A stretch of 64,000 nucleotides of DNA from a virus, in IMG/VR virus record IMGVR_UViG_3300028794_000198, positions 26,049 through 90,048 of that record; one strand, 5' to 3'. A program made the translations under genes and the position numbers. The notes beneath the pieces were generated by a model. It was given only the letters and a program-made list of their open reading frames with translations. It did no database searches and was not told the origin of the DNA. Positions 1 to 9,273 of this stretch are shown one piece after another. Position 1 is the stretch's first letter. Every line of letters begins with the position of its first letter.

Positions 1-443
1 ATGTCGAGCGGGGACTCCACCGTGATCAGTGGCGGGCAGTCCGGGGTGCCGCAGTCACCCGAGCCGACCGCGAGGTACTCGCGGCCGTACACCAGGGCGT
101 CCAGGTGCGCGAGGGACGACTCGTCGAAGAGGTCGTTGGCGTCGGCGATCTCGTCAAGATCCGACGAGTCGGAACCGTCCTTCCATCGGAACGCCTCCAA
201 GTCGAGGCGCTCCTCCAGGGACTCGACGCCGACCCGAGGCCATCCGATCACCGTATGCAAGCCCTTGAGCTGCGGCGGAATCGAGATACCCAGATCGCGC
301 ACCAGCTGCTCGCCGTTGAAGTACGAGTCCCGCAACTGCAGCGCCCACCGGTCCCGCAGCATGTCCGCGCGCAGCATGTTGATCAGCGCAAGTTCGTCGT
401 CCGACAGATACACCAGCGGCAGTTCAGGGATCGAGACAGTCAC
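1..443 (-). CDS. Phage portal protein, N-terminal part (runs off the window)
   Basis: Not in the ORF track. GTG at 443 overlaps the terminase TGA; reads MTVSIPELPLVYLSDDE...YFNGEQLVRDLGISIPPQLKGLHTVIGWPRVGVESLEERL...HLDALVYGREY, typical of SPP1 gp6-like actinophage portals. Confidence 0.9.
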   Translation of the reverse strand, partial: MTVSIPELPLVYLSDDELALINMLRADMLRDRWALQLRDSYFNGEQLVRDLGISIPPQLKGLHTVIGWPRVGVESLEERLDLEAFRWKDGSDSSDLDEIADANDLFDESSLAHLDALVYGREYLAVGSGDCGTPDCPPLITVESPLD

Positions 444-2212
444 CGCAACACCACCACCCTGCCTTTACCGCGCACGGTGGAGCGCTTCTGATTCTTCGGA
501 CTGTTCAACACCAGGCGCCGCAGCATGCGGGCGCCGACCATGCACACCGCGAGGTCGATTTTCCGGGCGGACTCGCGGTGCTCCTTGCCGATCGTGATCC
601 CCCAAGCATTCGTCCGCCTGCGGGCATTGATCACATGGGTGCGCATCACCTTGTGGCCGTCGTGGGCCAGGTTCCGCTGCAGCACATCCTCATGCGCGCG
701 CTTCACCGCGTCGGTAAACGTCTCCTGATTGCGGCGGTCACGCATGTCCCAGCGAACCGCGTGCGCCTTCGGGCCGGCCGATACGGCGCGCAGCGTGAGC
801 TTCTTCCCGAATGCCTGCCCCCAGCGGTCCAGGTAGGTGTCCCAGTACATTTCGCCGTCGTCGTCCTTGCCGGAGCCGGGGTCGGCATAGAACGCCAGCA
901 CCCTGAACCGTCCGAACGCGTTGGCCACAACGCCGTCGACGTCCTCGCGCGGCACCTGGTACGGCATATAGCCCGGCGTTTCCGGCGACGGCCAGTTCGG
1001 AGGCCTCTGCCACACGCCCAGCGTCGACACCAGACCGTCCGACATGCGGCAGGCCGCCAGGCCCGTCGCATCGTCCGACTTTGAACCGTCGAAGAAGAGG
1101 ACGACCTCGTCACCGTCTGCCAGCGCCAGATCCTCGCGCTTGCAGGCATCCCACTCGTAGCGGGCCAGCCACGCATCCTCCGCCGCGGCGATCTGGTTGA
1201 ACCAGAAGCGCCGACTGCGGGAAGGCGGGTTGCGGACGTCGAGGATCGACTTGATGATCCGGGGAATGTTCAGCCAGACCGAGTCGCCCCGGACGGCAAG
1301 CAGCACCTTCTCCAGCCACGGCCTGGTGAGCTTCGCCTCGGGCGGCGCCTCCAGCGAGTCGTACAGAATCCCCGTGTCCTCGGCGCGGCCTGCCTCGGCC
1401 GCCTCGTAGGCGTCGCGGGTCTGCTCAGCGACCGAGTCCTCGCCGGGCTCGAACGCGTTGGTGATCGCGAATGTCCGGGCCGAACCGTCCGCCGACTTCG
1501 TAGCGTTGCGCTCGATCGTGGCGGCCATCTCGTGGCCCTGGTTCGACTCGATCCAGTGGTGCGTCTCGTTGAGCAGGGTGAAGGTGGTCCGGCCGCCCTC
1601 AAGGGCGCGCGGCGAAGAGGTCACGGCCTCGATGCGCGCCTGCCCCTTGTGGGCGTAGACGATCTCCTTGCCGACATCGATGCCGAACTCGGCCCTGGCT
1701 TTCGGGGTGAACAGTGACCCGAAGATGATCATTGTGTTGCGGGTCTGATCCTTCGACACCGCAGCCACCTGCACCCACGGCTCCAGGTGGGGCTCGCCGA
1801 CCGCCTGCCCCTCCGGCACGCCACTCTCGTCGTCCGGGCCGGCAATCCGCCCCGACCAGCGGGACGGGCCGACGAACTCGACAGCGCACAACGTAGCGCC
1901 GAACGGATCCTTGCCCCAGCCCTTCAAGCGCTGAAGCACGGCATCTCGGTACGCGAACTCGCCGGTCACTGGATCGAGGGCAAACCACCACAGGACCAAG
2001 CGGACCTGCTCGCTCGTGTACCGCCACCGCTCACCGCGATGCTGAAGATAGGCGCCCGTCCACACGAGAACATGCCAGCCGAGCGTGAACGCCGGCTTGA
2101 TGAACAGGCCGTCCTCGCCGCGCGTCCAGGTCGGCCCGATGACAACGGGCGTGACCTCGTCCGGGACTTCCTCGACCGACTGCTCAGCCACCGAAGGCGG
2201 AGCGGTAGTCAT
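440..2212 (-). CDS. terL: Terminase large subunit
   Basis: RLKGWGKD Walker A variant, LLNETHHW Walker B, FDGSKSDD nuclease Asp, C-terminal KIDLAV. Confidence 0.95.
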   Translation of the reverse strand: MTTAPPSVAEQSVEEVPDEVTPVVIGPTWTRGEDGLFIKPAFTLGWHVLVWTGAYLQHRGERWRYTSEQVRLVLWWFALDPVTGEFAYRDAVLQRLKGWGKDPFGATLCAVEFVGPSRWSGRIAGPDDESGVPEGQAVGEPHLEPWVQVAAVSKDQTRNTMIIFGSLFTPKARAEFGIDVGKEIVYAHKGQARIEAVTSSPRALEGGRTTFTLLNETHHWIESNQGHEMAATIERNATKSADGSARTFAITNAFEPGEDSVAEQTRDAYEAAEAGRAEDTGILYDSLEAPPEAKLTRPWLEKVLLAVRGDSVWLNIPRIIKSILDVRNPPSRSRRFWFNQIAAAEDAWLARYEWDACKREDLALADGDEVVLFFDGSKSDDATGLAACRMSDGLVSTLGVWQRPPNWPSPETPGYMPYQVPREDVDGVVANAFGRFRVLAFYADPGSGKDDDGEMYWDTYLDRWGQAFGKKLTLRAVSAGPKAHAVRWDMRDRRNQETFTDAVKRAHEDVLQRNLAHDGHKVMRTHVINARRRTNAWGITIGKEHRESARKIDLAVCMVGARMLRRLVLNSPKNQKRSTVRGKGRVVVLR

Positions 2213-2624
2213 CGAGCGCCGTCACCTTCGCGCCACCCTGCGAGGCGGGCTTCTTCCGCTCCAGCTCCATGCGAGCCCGACGCCGGTCGCCCTCCGTCGT
2301 CAACAGCGACGACATGACGCTGTTCAGGGCGGCCACCAACTGGCCGTTCGGGCCGCGCTCCGACAGCAGCACCTTCGACATCAGGTCGGCGGCATACCGG
2401 GCCACCGCCCAGTCCGACGGCTGATAGAACGCGGACTGCCCCGACTCGCGCAGCGACAGATACCAGTCGGCGGAGATCGGATGCCACAGCGGATCAGCAT
2501 CCGGCAGATCCGGCAGATCGTCCGGCGCCCCCGACGGGGCCCTCGTGACGGAATCCTGCTCTTCCTTCGAGCGATGGCCCATGCGCTCCTCGGAGCGCTT
2601 ACCGATAGGTCCACGAGCGCCCAT
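2184..2624 (-). CDS. terS: Terminase small subunit
   Basis: Directly upstream of terL; GPIGKRSEER...WY...QPSDW...LLTTEGDRRRARMEL pattern of actinophage small terminases. Confidence 0.85.
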   Translation of the reverse strand: MGARGPIGKRSEERMGHRSKEEQDSVTRAPSGAPDDLPDLPDADPLWHPISADWYLSLRESGQSAFYQPSDWAVARYAADLMSKVLLSERGPNGQLVAALNSVMSSLLTTEGDRRRARMELERKKPASQGGAKVTALDDYRSAFGG

Positions 2625-2710
2625 GACGACCTCCAGGGTCAGAGCGCGCCACCAGGGCGCACGGAGGGCTGGAAACGACAGCGCCCCAACTCAGGGACGC
2701 CGCCGGGGCG

Positions 2711-3337
2711 TCAGAGCGAGGCGACCAAACCGGCCGCATCAGGCAGCACGGCAAGACTCAACGGCGTACCCGGAACCCGGTCACCGACGATGATGTAGCG
2801 GCGATCCGAGTACACCTCGAACGCCAACTCCCCCTTGCGGATACGGCGGCCTGCCGGGACGGCGCCGCGGAACCACAGGTGCAGGCCGGTACCGGACCGG
2901 CCGCGTTCCATGTACGTCGGCGGCAACCGGTCCACGATCGCCTGCGCCCACGGAAGGACGCTTCCATCCTCGACCGCATGGTCCAGGTCGACGACCATGA
3001 TGCCGTCGCCGGCCGTGAGGACGAAGCCGATGCCGTCGCCCGTCTTGGATCCGGCGACTGCGGCGTAGTCCGACCAGGACGACGGGTCCTTCACCGAGGC
3101 GAAACGGCCGTCGGTGCGCAGCGGCACCTTGTCCTTGTGCCGCACCCAGCGGGGACGTGAGGTCAGCTCGGCGGGAATACGGGCCTGCTGCTCGGCAGCA
3201 AGGGCTGCGTCACGCTCACGCTTGCGGGCCCGAGCTGCGAGGACGCGATGCGAGTTGGAGCAGTAGCGGCGGTCCGACCGGTGCATGACCGGCAGCTCTC
3301 CCCCGCAGTGCGCGCACCTCTGAAGCGTCTCTGGCAT
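2711..3337 (-). CDS. Zn-finger plus primase-polymerase (AEP/prim-pol) domain protein
   Basis: CAHCG...YCS N-terminus; GIGFVL, VVDLDH, GRSGTGLHLW and EVYS..RY AEP motifs; start placed at ATG 3337. Confidence 0.75.
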   Translation of the reverse strand: MPETLQRCAHCGGELPVMHRSDRRYCSNSHRVLAARARKRERDAALAAEQQARIPAELTSRPRWVRHKDKVPLRTDGRFASVKDPSSWSDYAAVAGSKTGDGIGFVLTAGDGIMVVDLDHAVEDGSVLPWAQAIVDRLPPTYMERGRSGTGLHLWFRGAVPAGRRIRKGELAFEVYSDRRYIIVGDRVPGTPLSLAVLPDAAGLVASL

Positions 3338-3487
3338 GCATCCAGGATAGCGCCGCCTGTTAACGACTATAGGCATTTGAGCTGCACTGTTACCGGCCTG
3401 CGACATAGCTCAGCCACCCGAGCGGACTGGACCACTTAGGCATACTCGCAGGTCAGGGGCCTTGGAAACCCGGGGGGGATGTCAGGT

Positions 3488-3536
3488 GCTATACGGGCCC
3501 GATCCTAAAGGATCATGGGTGGGGGGTACGCCCCCT
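3488..3536. other. Candidate cos/packaging site
   Basis: Intergenic between HNH and terS; minus strand CGGGCCCGTATAGC next to hairpins GATCCT-aa-AGGATC and GGGGG-N5-CCCCC. Confidence 0.4.
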
Positions 3537-3562
3537 ATGTCCGTTTAGGGTTGGATCAAGGT

Positions 3563-3742
3563 TCAGAGATCATCCGGATCAGCCTCGTGCGTCCAGGCGT
3601 GGGCGATCACGTCCGTGAGGTCAGGCTCAACGCTCATGATCAGCATGTTGCCTTCGCGACCTCTCGACGTGATCACTGTCGTGATCGGTACTGCGACGTC
3701 GCACTCGGGACAGTGGACCTGGACCGCACCGACCGCTGCCAC
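3563..3742 (-). CDS. Small CxxC hypothetical protein
   Basis: GTG with GGGGAGG RBS; HCPECD. Confidence 0.6.
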   Translation of the reverse strand: MAAVGAVQVHCPECDVAVPITTVITSRGREGNMLIMSVEPDLTDVIAHAWTHEADPDDL

Positions 3743-3768
3743 GCTCGCCTCCCCGGTGGCCGACGTAC

Positions 3769-3945
3769 CTACCGGCTGGCCTGCTCCCTGCCGTCGAGGG
3801 AGTGGTGCACCAGCAGCCAGCCCGTCGACCCGTCCTCCTGGGTGGCCGGCCTGACCTCGGGCCCGCACGCGCAGTCGGGCTCGCTGGTGCTGGTGTCGTG
3901 GTCGACCAGGTCGTGCTGTGGTGTGACGTGAAGGGTGTTGGTCAC
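3769..3945 (-). CDS. Small His/Cys hypothetical phage protein
   Basis: GTGA overlap; DCACGP...VHHSLDGRE. Confidence 0.7.
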   Translation of the reverse strand: MTNTLHVTPQHDLVDHDTSTSEPDCACGPEVRPATQEDGSTGWLLVHHSLDGREQASR

Positions 3946-4205
3946 CGCCGCTTGGCCCCGCCTCGCAGTGCCTTGGCGTGAGCGCTCGTGCTCATGCCTG
4001 TCGCCGCGATATGCCTCAGCTGGCAGTATCCCTTGGCTCGCGCCCCAAGATGCTTTGACAGGAGTCGGTTGCATCGGGACCAGTCGCCTGGTGTACCCCA
4101 GCGGATCTTGGCCGCCCCGACCCCGTGGGTCCAGTAGTTGCGCAGGGTCTGGGCGTTGCCGCCGCCTTTGCGTCCGCCGTTGCCTTGCCTGCCGCGTGCC
4201 ATCAC
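3942..4205 (-). CDS. Hypothetical phage protein (YW..G.GAAKIRWGTPGD..RC domain)
   Basis: Coupled ORF; motif recalled from actinophage head-region proteins. Confidence 0.7.
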   Translation of the reverse strand: MMARGRQGNGGRKGGGNAQTLRNYWTHGVGAAKIRWGTPGDWSRCNRLLSKHLGARAKGYCQLRHIAATGMSTSAHAKALRGGAKRR

Positions 4206-4417
4206 GTGCCACCCTTCTCCAGCGCGGGCCCGCCCTGTGGTGCGTCTACCCGCATGATGCTGCGGATCTGCTCACGGGGTACGGCGAAGCAGGTGCCGGC
4301 TTCGTCTTTGAAGATGGCCCAGTCGGGGGTGAACTCGACGGTGAGTGCGTCGTCTTCGAGGAGGACGTCTTCGCCGCGTCGCTCGTTGTGGACGATGAGG
4401 TAGGCGGGCATAGTCAC
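4202..4417 (-). CDS. Hypothetical protein
   Basis: ORF with RBS within the operon. Confidence 0.65.
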   Translation of the reverse strand: MTMPAYLIVHNERRGEDVLLEDDALTVEFTPDWAIFKDEAGTCFAVPREQIRSIMRVDAPQGGPALEKGGT

Positions 4418-4421
4418 CGCC

Positions 4422-4715
4422 TTACAGGAGTCCTGGGTGCCGCTCGGGCTGGCGCTTCCGCCCGGGCGGCGGGTTGGCGGCCTTAGCCGCGCGGCCCTCT
4501 GCGCTGGACTTCAACCCATGGCATGTGGCGCAGACGCCTTGAAGTCGATCCTCTGCATGATCGTCAGTCTTGGCCTCGACGTGATCGCAGTGACTGCTCG
4601 GCCGTACCCCGCAGATCTTGCACGTCGGGTCGCGGGCGAGCACCTTGGCACGAATGGTCGACCAGTTCGACGGCAGCCGGCTCTTGCGGTCCGAGTTCTT
4701 CCAGCCTCCGCTCAC
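4422..4715 (-). CDS. HNH endonuclease (packaging-associated)
   Basis: RDPTCKICG...DHV...LQGVCATCHGLKS; located upstream of terminase. Confidence 0.9.
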   Translation of the reverse strand: MSGGWKNSDRKSRLPSNWSTIRAKVLARDPTCKICGVRPSSHCDHVEAKTDDHAEDRLQGVCATCHGLKSSAEGRAAKAANPPPGRKRQPERHPGLL

Positions 4716-4990
4716 GGCTGCGCCTCGGCGTTGGGGTCGTCCTTCCGCCCTGGGCGCCAGTCGGTGACGAGGTCGAGGGTGAGCGTGCAGTCGTCGGGGT
4801 TGTAGCCGGTGATGCGGTAGACGACTTGGTCGGCGATGTTGACGTTGCCGCCTTCGATCCTGATGAAGAGGCCGGGGCCCCCAACGGCGTCGACGTCCAT
4901 CTTCGCCCGCTGCGGGGCTTCGTCGACGACGACGCCTTTCCCGAGGTGGCGGCTGATCTGGATGTCTCCGTACTCGGTGCCGCTCATCAC
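4712..4990 (-). CDS. Hypothetical protein
   Basis: Coupled ORF. Confidence 0.65.
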   Translation of the reverse strand: MMSGTEYGDIQISRHLGKGVVVDEAPQRAKMDVDAVGGPGLFIRIEGGNVNIADQVVYRITGYNPDDCTLTLDLVTDWRPGRKDDPNAEAQP

Positions 4991-5182
4991 CTACTCCTCA
5001 CCGCTGCTGCTGGGTGACCAGCCTGCGAATCCGGCGCGCCGGTCGGCCGGGCTGCTTGCGGTGGCGACGCCGTATAGCCGGATGGCGGTTTCTTCGGCGC
5101 GTCGGAGTGCGTCGTCGGCGCCGCTGATTTCGACGGTGATGTCGCGGGTGCCGTCGGACAGCTTGACTGTCACGTCAGGCAT
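4991..5182 (-). CDS. Hypothetical protein
   Basis: MPDVTVKLSDG..., ATG at 5182. Confidence 0.55.
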   Translation of the reverse strand: MPDVTVKLSDGTRDITVEISGADDALRRAEETAIRLYGVATASSPADRRAGFAGWSPSSSGEE

Positions 5183-5381
5183 CGGCGTGGGGCAGCGCGG
5201 CGTTCTCGATGAGGTAGTTACCTGCTTCGACGAGTAGGGCGCCGAGGGCTCGGTAGACGTCTTCTGCGTAGAGCGTGCCGCCACGAGGGGCGACGGCGAG
5301 GGTGCCGATGCGTCCTCCGATTGGGGTGGCTCCGGGGAGGCAGGTGGTGACCTCTACGGGTGCTGTGATCTCTGCAGCCAT
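5175..5381 (-). CDS. Hypothetical protein
   Basis: ATG at 5381 with AGGAG RBS. Confidence 0.6.
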   Translation of the reverse strand: MAAEITAPVEVTTCLPGATPIGGRIGTLAVAPRGGTLYAEDVYRALGALLVEAGNYLIENAALPHADA

Positions 5382-5408
5382 GGCGCTGGCTCCTGTGGTC
5401 GTCAAGGG

Positions 5409-5825
5409 TTACGGCTTCCAGCGACGCCCGAGTAGCGCTTCGGGCACGTCGCTGGTGGTGATGGGCGGGGTGATCCAGTGGGCGAGGCGTGGGCCGGTGC
5501 TCGACTTGCGCTCGGGCGGTGTCGGCTGGTCAAGGCTCGCGAGAATCTCGGCGGTTACGCCTTGGGCGTGCGCGAGGTCGAGCAGTTCGGGGCAGTCGTT
5601 GAGGTTGTCGACGTTCGCCAGATCCATGTCGCTGTAGGTGCCGCAGCCGTGGCAGGCGATCGCGTAGGGGTTCCTCGGGTCGAGCGTGTGCCGGGCGAGG
5701 ATGCGGCGGTCCGCCTCGCAGCGGCGCAGGATGGGCGCGGCTTCGTCGCTCGGAATGCAGTCCTCTTCGATCGACCGCTCAACAGTGTGGACTTGCTGGG
5801 TGATCCAGGCGTGGAGATCCGTCAC
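5409..5825 (-). CDS. DUF6221-like phage protein
   Basis: MTDLHAWI...LRRCEADRRILARH...CxxC pattern. Confidence 0.6.
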   Translation of the reverse strand: MTDLHAWITQQVHTVERSIEEDCIPSDEAAPILRRCEADRRILARHTLDPRNPYAIACHGCGTYSDMDLANVDNLNDCPELLDLAHAQGVTAEILASLDQPTPPERKSSTGPRLAHWITPPITTSDVPEALLGRRWKP

Positions 5826-6100
5826 GGCGTCTCCTCGGTGCTGGCGCCTTGCGGGGCCGGGAATCCGGAGAGGTCATCCGTGAGCGCGTTCCACGTCGAC
5901 TCGATGTGGTCTTTCGTGGTGCTCTGCGCGGCGGCTTGGACGTAGGCGCGGATGGCTTCGGCCTGGTCGCGGACGTCGATGGGGATGGCGCTGACGACTG
6001 CGTTGAGGCAGGTCTTGTCGGCACCGTGCTCGTCTTCGTGGTTGAGCATGGCGATAGTCAGGTCCCATACCCATTTGGGCAGGACAGTGTTGGAAGCCAT
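5822..6100 (-). CDS. Hypothetical protein
   Basis: Coupled ORF. Confidence 0.65.
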   Translation of the reverse strand: MASNTVLPKWVWDLTIAMLNHEDEHGADKTCLNAVVSAIPIDVRDQAEAIRAYVQAAAQSTTKDHIESTWNALTDDLSGFPAPQGASTEETP

Positions 6101-6121
6101 GGGCGCGGGCCTTCCGTGGGT

Positions 6122-6325
6122 TCAGGCGATGGGCGCGCCGCACCACGTGCAGCGCGGCGCGATGCTGTGCGGGGCGCCGCGTCCGTGGCGTCCGCGCTTG
6201 TGGAGGTATCGCATGCGTGCGGCGTAGGCCCGCGAGTAGACGGCCACGTACAGGCTGTGGAGGCCGCCCGACTCGCGCCTGAAGCTGCGGATGTGGCGGT
6301 AGGCGAACTGCTGCACACCGTTCAC
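6122..6325 (-). CDS. Small basic CxxC protein
   Basis: GTG with GGGAGG RBS; C-terminal CTWCG. Confidence 0.55.
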   Translation of the reverse strand: MNGVQQFAYRHIRSFRRESGGLHSLYVAVYSRAYAARMRYLHKRGRHGRGAPHSIAPRCTWCGAPIA

Positions 6326-6338
6326 GTGGCGCCTCCCG

Positions 6339-7022
6339 TCAGGCGGGGATGGTGGCACGTTCGGTGAGCAGTGCCCGGACCGTATCCGGCTGCCCGGTGG
6401 CGTCGACGTACCGCTGACACAGCTGCCCGTTGGCGACGTGCTGGGGTGTGCCGTGGCCAACCTCGGGCGGGTGCCACAGGTGGGTGATGGTGCCCTGGTG
6501 AGCGACGGTCGAGCCGAGGAGTGCGTCGGCGGCGATGCGGTACGCGGCATCCTCGAAGCCGTAGGCGACGAACCGTTCGTCCATGCCGCCCGCTGCCCAC
6601 CAGCTCGCGGGTTGGATGACGAGGACGCCGCCGGTGGCCCATTGGTGTTCGAGGTCGACCGCACAGTCGGAGGCCGGCGCACCTGCGAGGTAGTCGGCGG
6701 TGCCGTGCCGTGAAAGGCCCCGGTACCAGGTGTACGGCAGGTGCAGCACGCCGTCCGTAGCCGCCTCGATCGCGGCATGCAGGGGCTCGCGCTCGGGGAG
6801 GGTGTCGGCGTCGCAGAGGACGACGACGTCTGCCCCGGCTGCCTGCGCCTGCCGGACGCCTTCGTTGCGGCTTCCAGCGCGGGAGAACGGTGTGTGCCCG
6901 CTGTCGACGTCGAGGGGGATCGCGTCGGGCAGTAGCTGCCGCAGGTGGGCGCGGACGTACTCGTGGTGGGCGTTGCGCTCCGGGGTGCCGGGCCGCCACG
7001 GGATGACGACAGCGACGGTCAC
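6339..7022 (-). CDS. Glycosyltransferase, GT-A fold (GT2/GT7-like)
   Basis: VVIPWR, SRAGSRNEG, DAD (DxD), GGMDERFVAYGFED, HLWH. Confidence 0.9.
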   Translation of the reverse strand: MTVAVVIPWRPGTPERNAHHEYVRAHLRQLLPDAIPLDVDSGHTPFSRAGSRNEGVRQAQAAGADVVVLCDADTLPEREPLHAAIEAATDGVLHLPYTWYRGLSRHGTADYLAGAPASDCAVDLEHQWATGGVLVIQPASWWAAGGMDERFVAYGFEDAAYRIAADALLGSTVAHQGTITHLWHPPEVGHGTPQHVANGQLCQRYVDATGQPDTVRALLTERATIPA

Positions 7023-7037
7023 GCGCGGCTCCTTCCT

Positions 7038-7436
7038 TCAGAGCCACATCACGGCAGCGGCATTGATCGCCAAGTGCATCGCGTTGTCCGCAATGATCAG
7101 TAGCCAGACGGCCAGCCAGACCGGTCGGTCCTTGTGGTAGCCCGTCGCCGAGCACTCCGACCACGGATGCCAGTAGGAGCGCGGAGCCAGGAAGTTCTTT
7201 GCCCACACGACGTGCCGCGCTAGGCGGTAGTGATCGATGACCGCATGGGTCACGACGATGACCGCGAGCGCGACAGGCGACCGGGTGACGAGCAGGAATG
7301 GCAGGCCGTAAGTAAGCGCGTGCGCCCAGGCTGGCCACCAGCGCTTCGTCTTCTCGTTGGCCATCCAGTCGGATTGCAGGACGTAGTCCCCGAAGAGGTG
7401 GGCGAGGAGTAGGCCGAACGCAACCTCACCGGTCAC
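7038..7436 (-). CDS. DUF3307-like membrane protein
   Basis: AHLFGDYVLQSDWMA..K, HA.TY, THAVIDH, DNAMH. Confidence 0.8.
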   Translation of the reverse strand: MTGEVAFGLLLAHLFGDYVLQSDWMANEKTKRWWPAWAHALTYGLPFLLVTRSPVALAVIVVTHAVIDHYRLARHVVWAKNFLAPRSYWHPWSECSATGYHKDRPVWLAVWLLIIADNAMHLAINAAAVMWL

Positions 7437-8023
7437 AGGGCCCGCCACACCGACCATGGCCGGTCGGCTTCGACGCGCTCCATCTTCAGCTTCGCGGCTA
7501 GCTCGTCCTGCCGCTCACGCGCCCAGGTCGTGACGCCGAGCCAGCCGTGCCCGTCCGACGGCTCATCCGACACGGGCCAGTCGAGGGCTAGCAGGCCGCC
7601 CTTCTTCACCACCGCACGCAGGTTGCTGACGAGTTGCTCACCGGTCGCGTAGTCGTGGTGGATGAGCACGGCGAGGCAGTACGCGGCGTCGAACTTGCGG
7701 CGGCCGAGATGCCTCCCGAAGTCGGAGCCGTCGGACTGGAACGTGGTGAGGCCGGGGTCGCGTTCGGCGAGCGCCGCAAGCATGCGCGGAGAGGCGTCGA
7801 CGCCGGTCACGTCGTAGCCCATGGCGCGGAGCGGAATGGCGACGCGGCCGTCTCCGCATCCGAAGTCGAGCACCCGCGCTGCGGCAGGAATATCGGCGGC
7901 GAGGAGGACGGCCTGCGCCCGCCCGGATGCCCGGTAGGCATCCTCGGAGATGCCGCGCGTGGGGTGGATGGCGCCAGCCGCTTCAGGCTGGTCCCACGCC
8001 TTGATGACGTCTTCGGCGCTCAC
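7433..8023 (-). CDS. Class I SAM-dependent methyltransferase
   Basis: VLDFGCGDG, GVDASPRM, VKKGGLL. Confidence 0.9.
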   Translation of the reverse strand: MSAEDVIKAWDQPEAAGAIHPTRGISEDAYRASGRAQAVLLAADIPAAARVLDFGCGDGRVAIPLRAMGYDVTGVDASPRMLAALAERDPGLTTFQSDGSDFGRHLGRRKFDAAYCLAVLIHHDYATGEQLVSNLRAVVKKGGLLALDWPVSDEPSDGHGWLGVTTWARERQDELAAKLKMERVEADRPWSVWRAL

Positions 8024-9273
8024 GACTTCCTCCCTACGCGGATGGTGGTGACACCCGACTGATCCGGCATGTAGCCGTGAGGGTCGATAACGACCGAGCC
8101 GGGCGGGAGGCGCAAGTGCAGGAACGCATCATGCCGGGTGGCGATCACGATGACGCCGGGCTCGTCGGGGGCGAAGGTGCCACCGCTGTCGACGTGCGGA
8201 TCCCAGTGCTCCACGTCGAGGTCGCGCGCCCGAAGCTGGTGGGCGAGAAGCAGCCCAGCGGAGCCGTTCACGAGGCTGACGTTGGGCTTGTACGCCTTGC
8301 CGAGGATGCAGATCGGCAGGCCGCTCATGCGGTGCCAGTGCTCAACCAGATCGGCCAGCCACGCGGACTGCTGCTCGCGGGCGTCGGAGACGTAACCCAT
8401 CAGGTCGACGGACAGGTCAAGGCGCTGGGCCAGCCAACTCATGGCCTGGTTGTCGCGGGGGTGGCAGGCTCCAGAGTCGCCCATGCCGCCGCGCATGTAG
8501 GCCGGCGAGGTGATGCGGTCGGTGGCGAGTGCGAGCCCATCGGCGACTTGGTCGCAGTCGGCGCCGGTTTTCTGGCAGATCTCCATGACCATGTTCGCGA
8601 ACACGATCTTCATGGAGACGAAGCAGTTGTAGGCAACCTTCGTCAGCTCGGCGGACTCGATCGACACGGCATGCACGGGCCGGTCATGCACGGTGCGGTA
8701 CAGGTCTGCGATGTCGGCGACAGCTCCAGCGTCGTCGCTGCCGAGGAGGACGAACTCGGGGTGGAGGAAGTCCTGCACGGTGGTCGACATGGCAATGAAG
8801 TAGGGCCCGTAGACGAGTCGCACGTTCGGCCCGCACAGCGGGGCGAGGTAGGCGCGGGTAGTGCCGGGCAGCATGGTCGAGATGACGACCAGGGTGATCT
8901 GCTTGTCCTGCGCCTCGGCTGCCTGGGCGACGTCGCGGACGGCTTGAATGAGGTAGCCGTACTCGAAGTCGACCGGCTCGTCGATGATCGGTGTCTCGCC
9001 GCCGTATCGCGGGTCGTGCGGGGTCTGCACGGACACCATGACGATGCCCTCGCTCGCCGCGACCACGTCGGACGGCGAAGGGGCGAGGATCATTCGGGAA
9101 CCGTTGAGGAGTTCCTCAATGCCAGCCTCTTCCGGCGGTGGCACTTGTCGGTTGAGGATCTGTTGCGGCCGGGGCGAAGGGTCGTAGCCGACGATGTGAT
9201 GCCCGCCATGCTTCTCCATGGCGAGCGCACACGTGAGCCCGAGCTTCCCGAGACCGATCCAGCCGAGCCTCAT
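8020..9273 (-). CDS. UDP-glucose/GDP-mannose dehydrogenase family protein
   Basis: GLGKLG Rossmann motif, VQTP, STMLPGT, SAELTKVAYN, GACHPRD catalytic Cys, GKAYKPN; ATGA start at 9273. Confidence 0.92.
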   Translation of the reverse strand: MRLGWIGLGKLGLTCALAMEKHGGHHIVGYDPSPRPQQILNRQVPPPEEAGIEELLNGSRMILAPSPSDVVAASEGIVMVSVQTPHDPRYGGETPIIDEPVDFEYGYLIQAVRDVAQAAEAQDKQITLVVISTMLPGTTRAYLAPLCGPNVRLVYGPYFIAMSTTVQDFLHPEFVLLGSDDAGAVADIADLYRTVHDRPVHAVSIESAELTKVAYNCFVSMKIVFANMVMEICQKTGADCDQVADGLALATDRITSPAYMRGGMGDSGACHPRDNQAMSWLAQRLDLSVDLMGYVSDAREQQSAWLADLVEHWHRMSGLPICILGKAYKPNVSLVNGSAGLLLAHQLRARDLDVEHWDPHVDSGGTFAPDEPGVIVIATRHDAFLHLRLPPGSVVIDPHGYMPDQSGVTTIRVGRKS

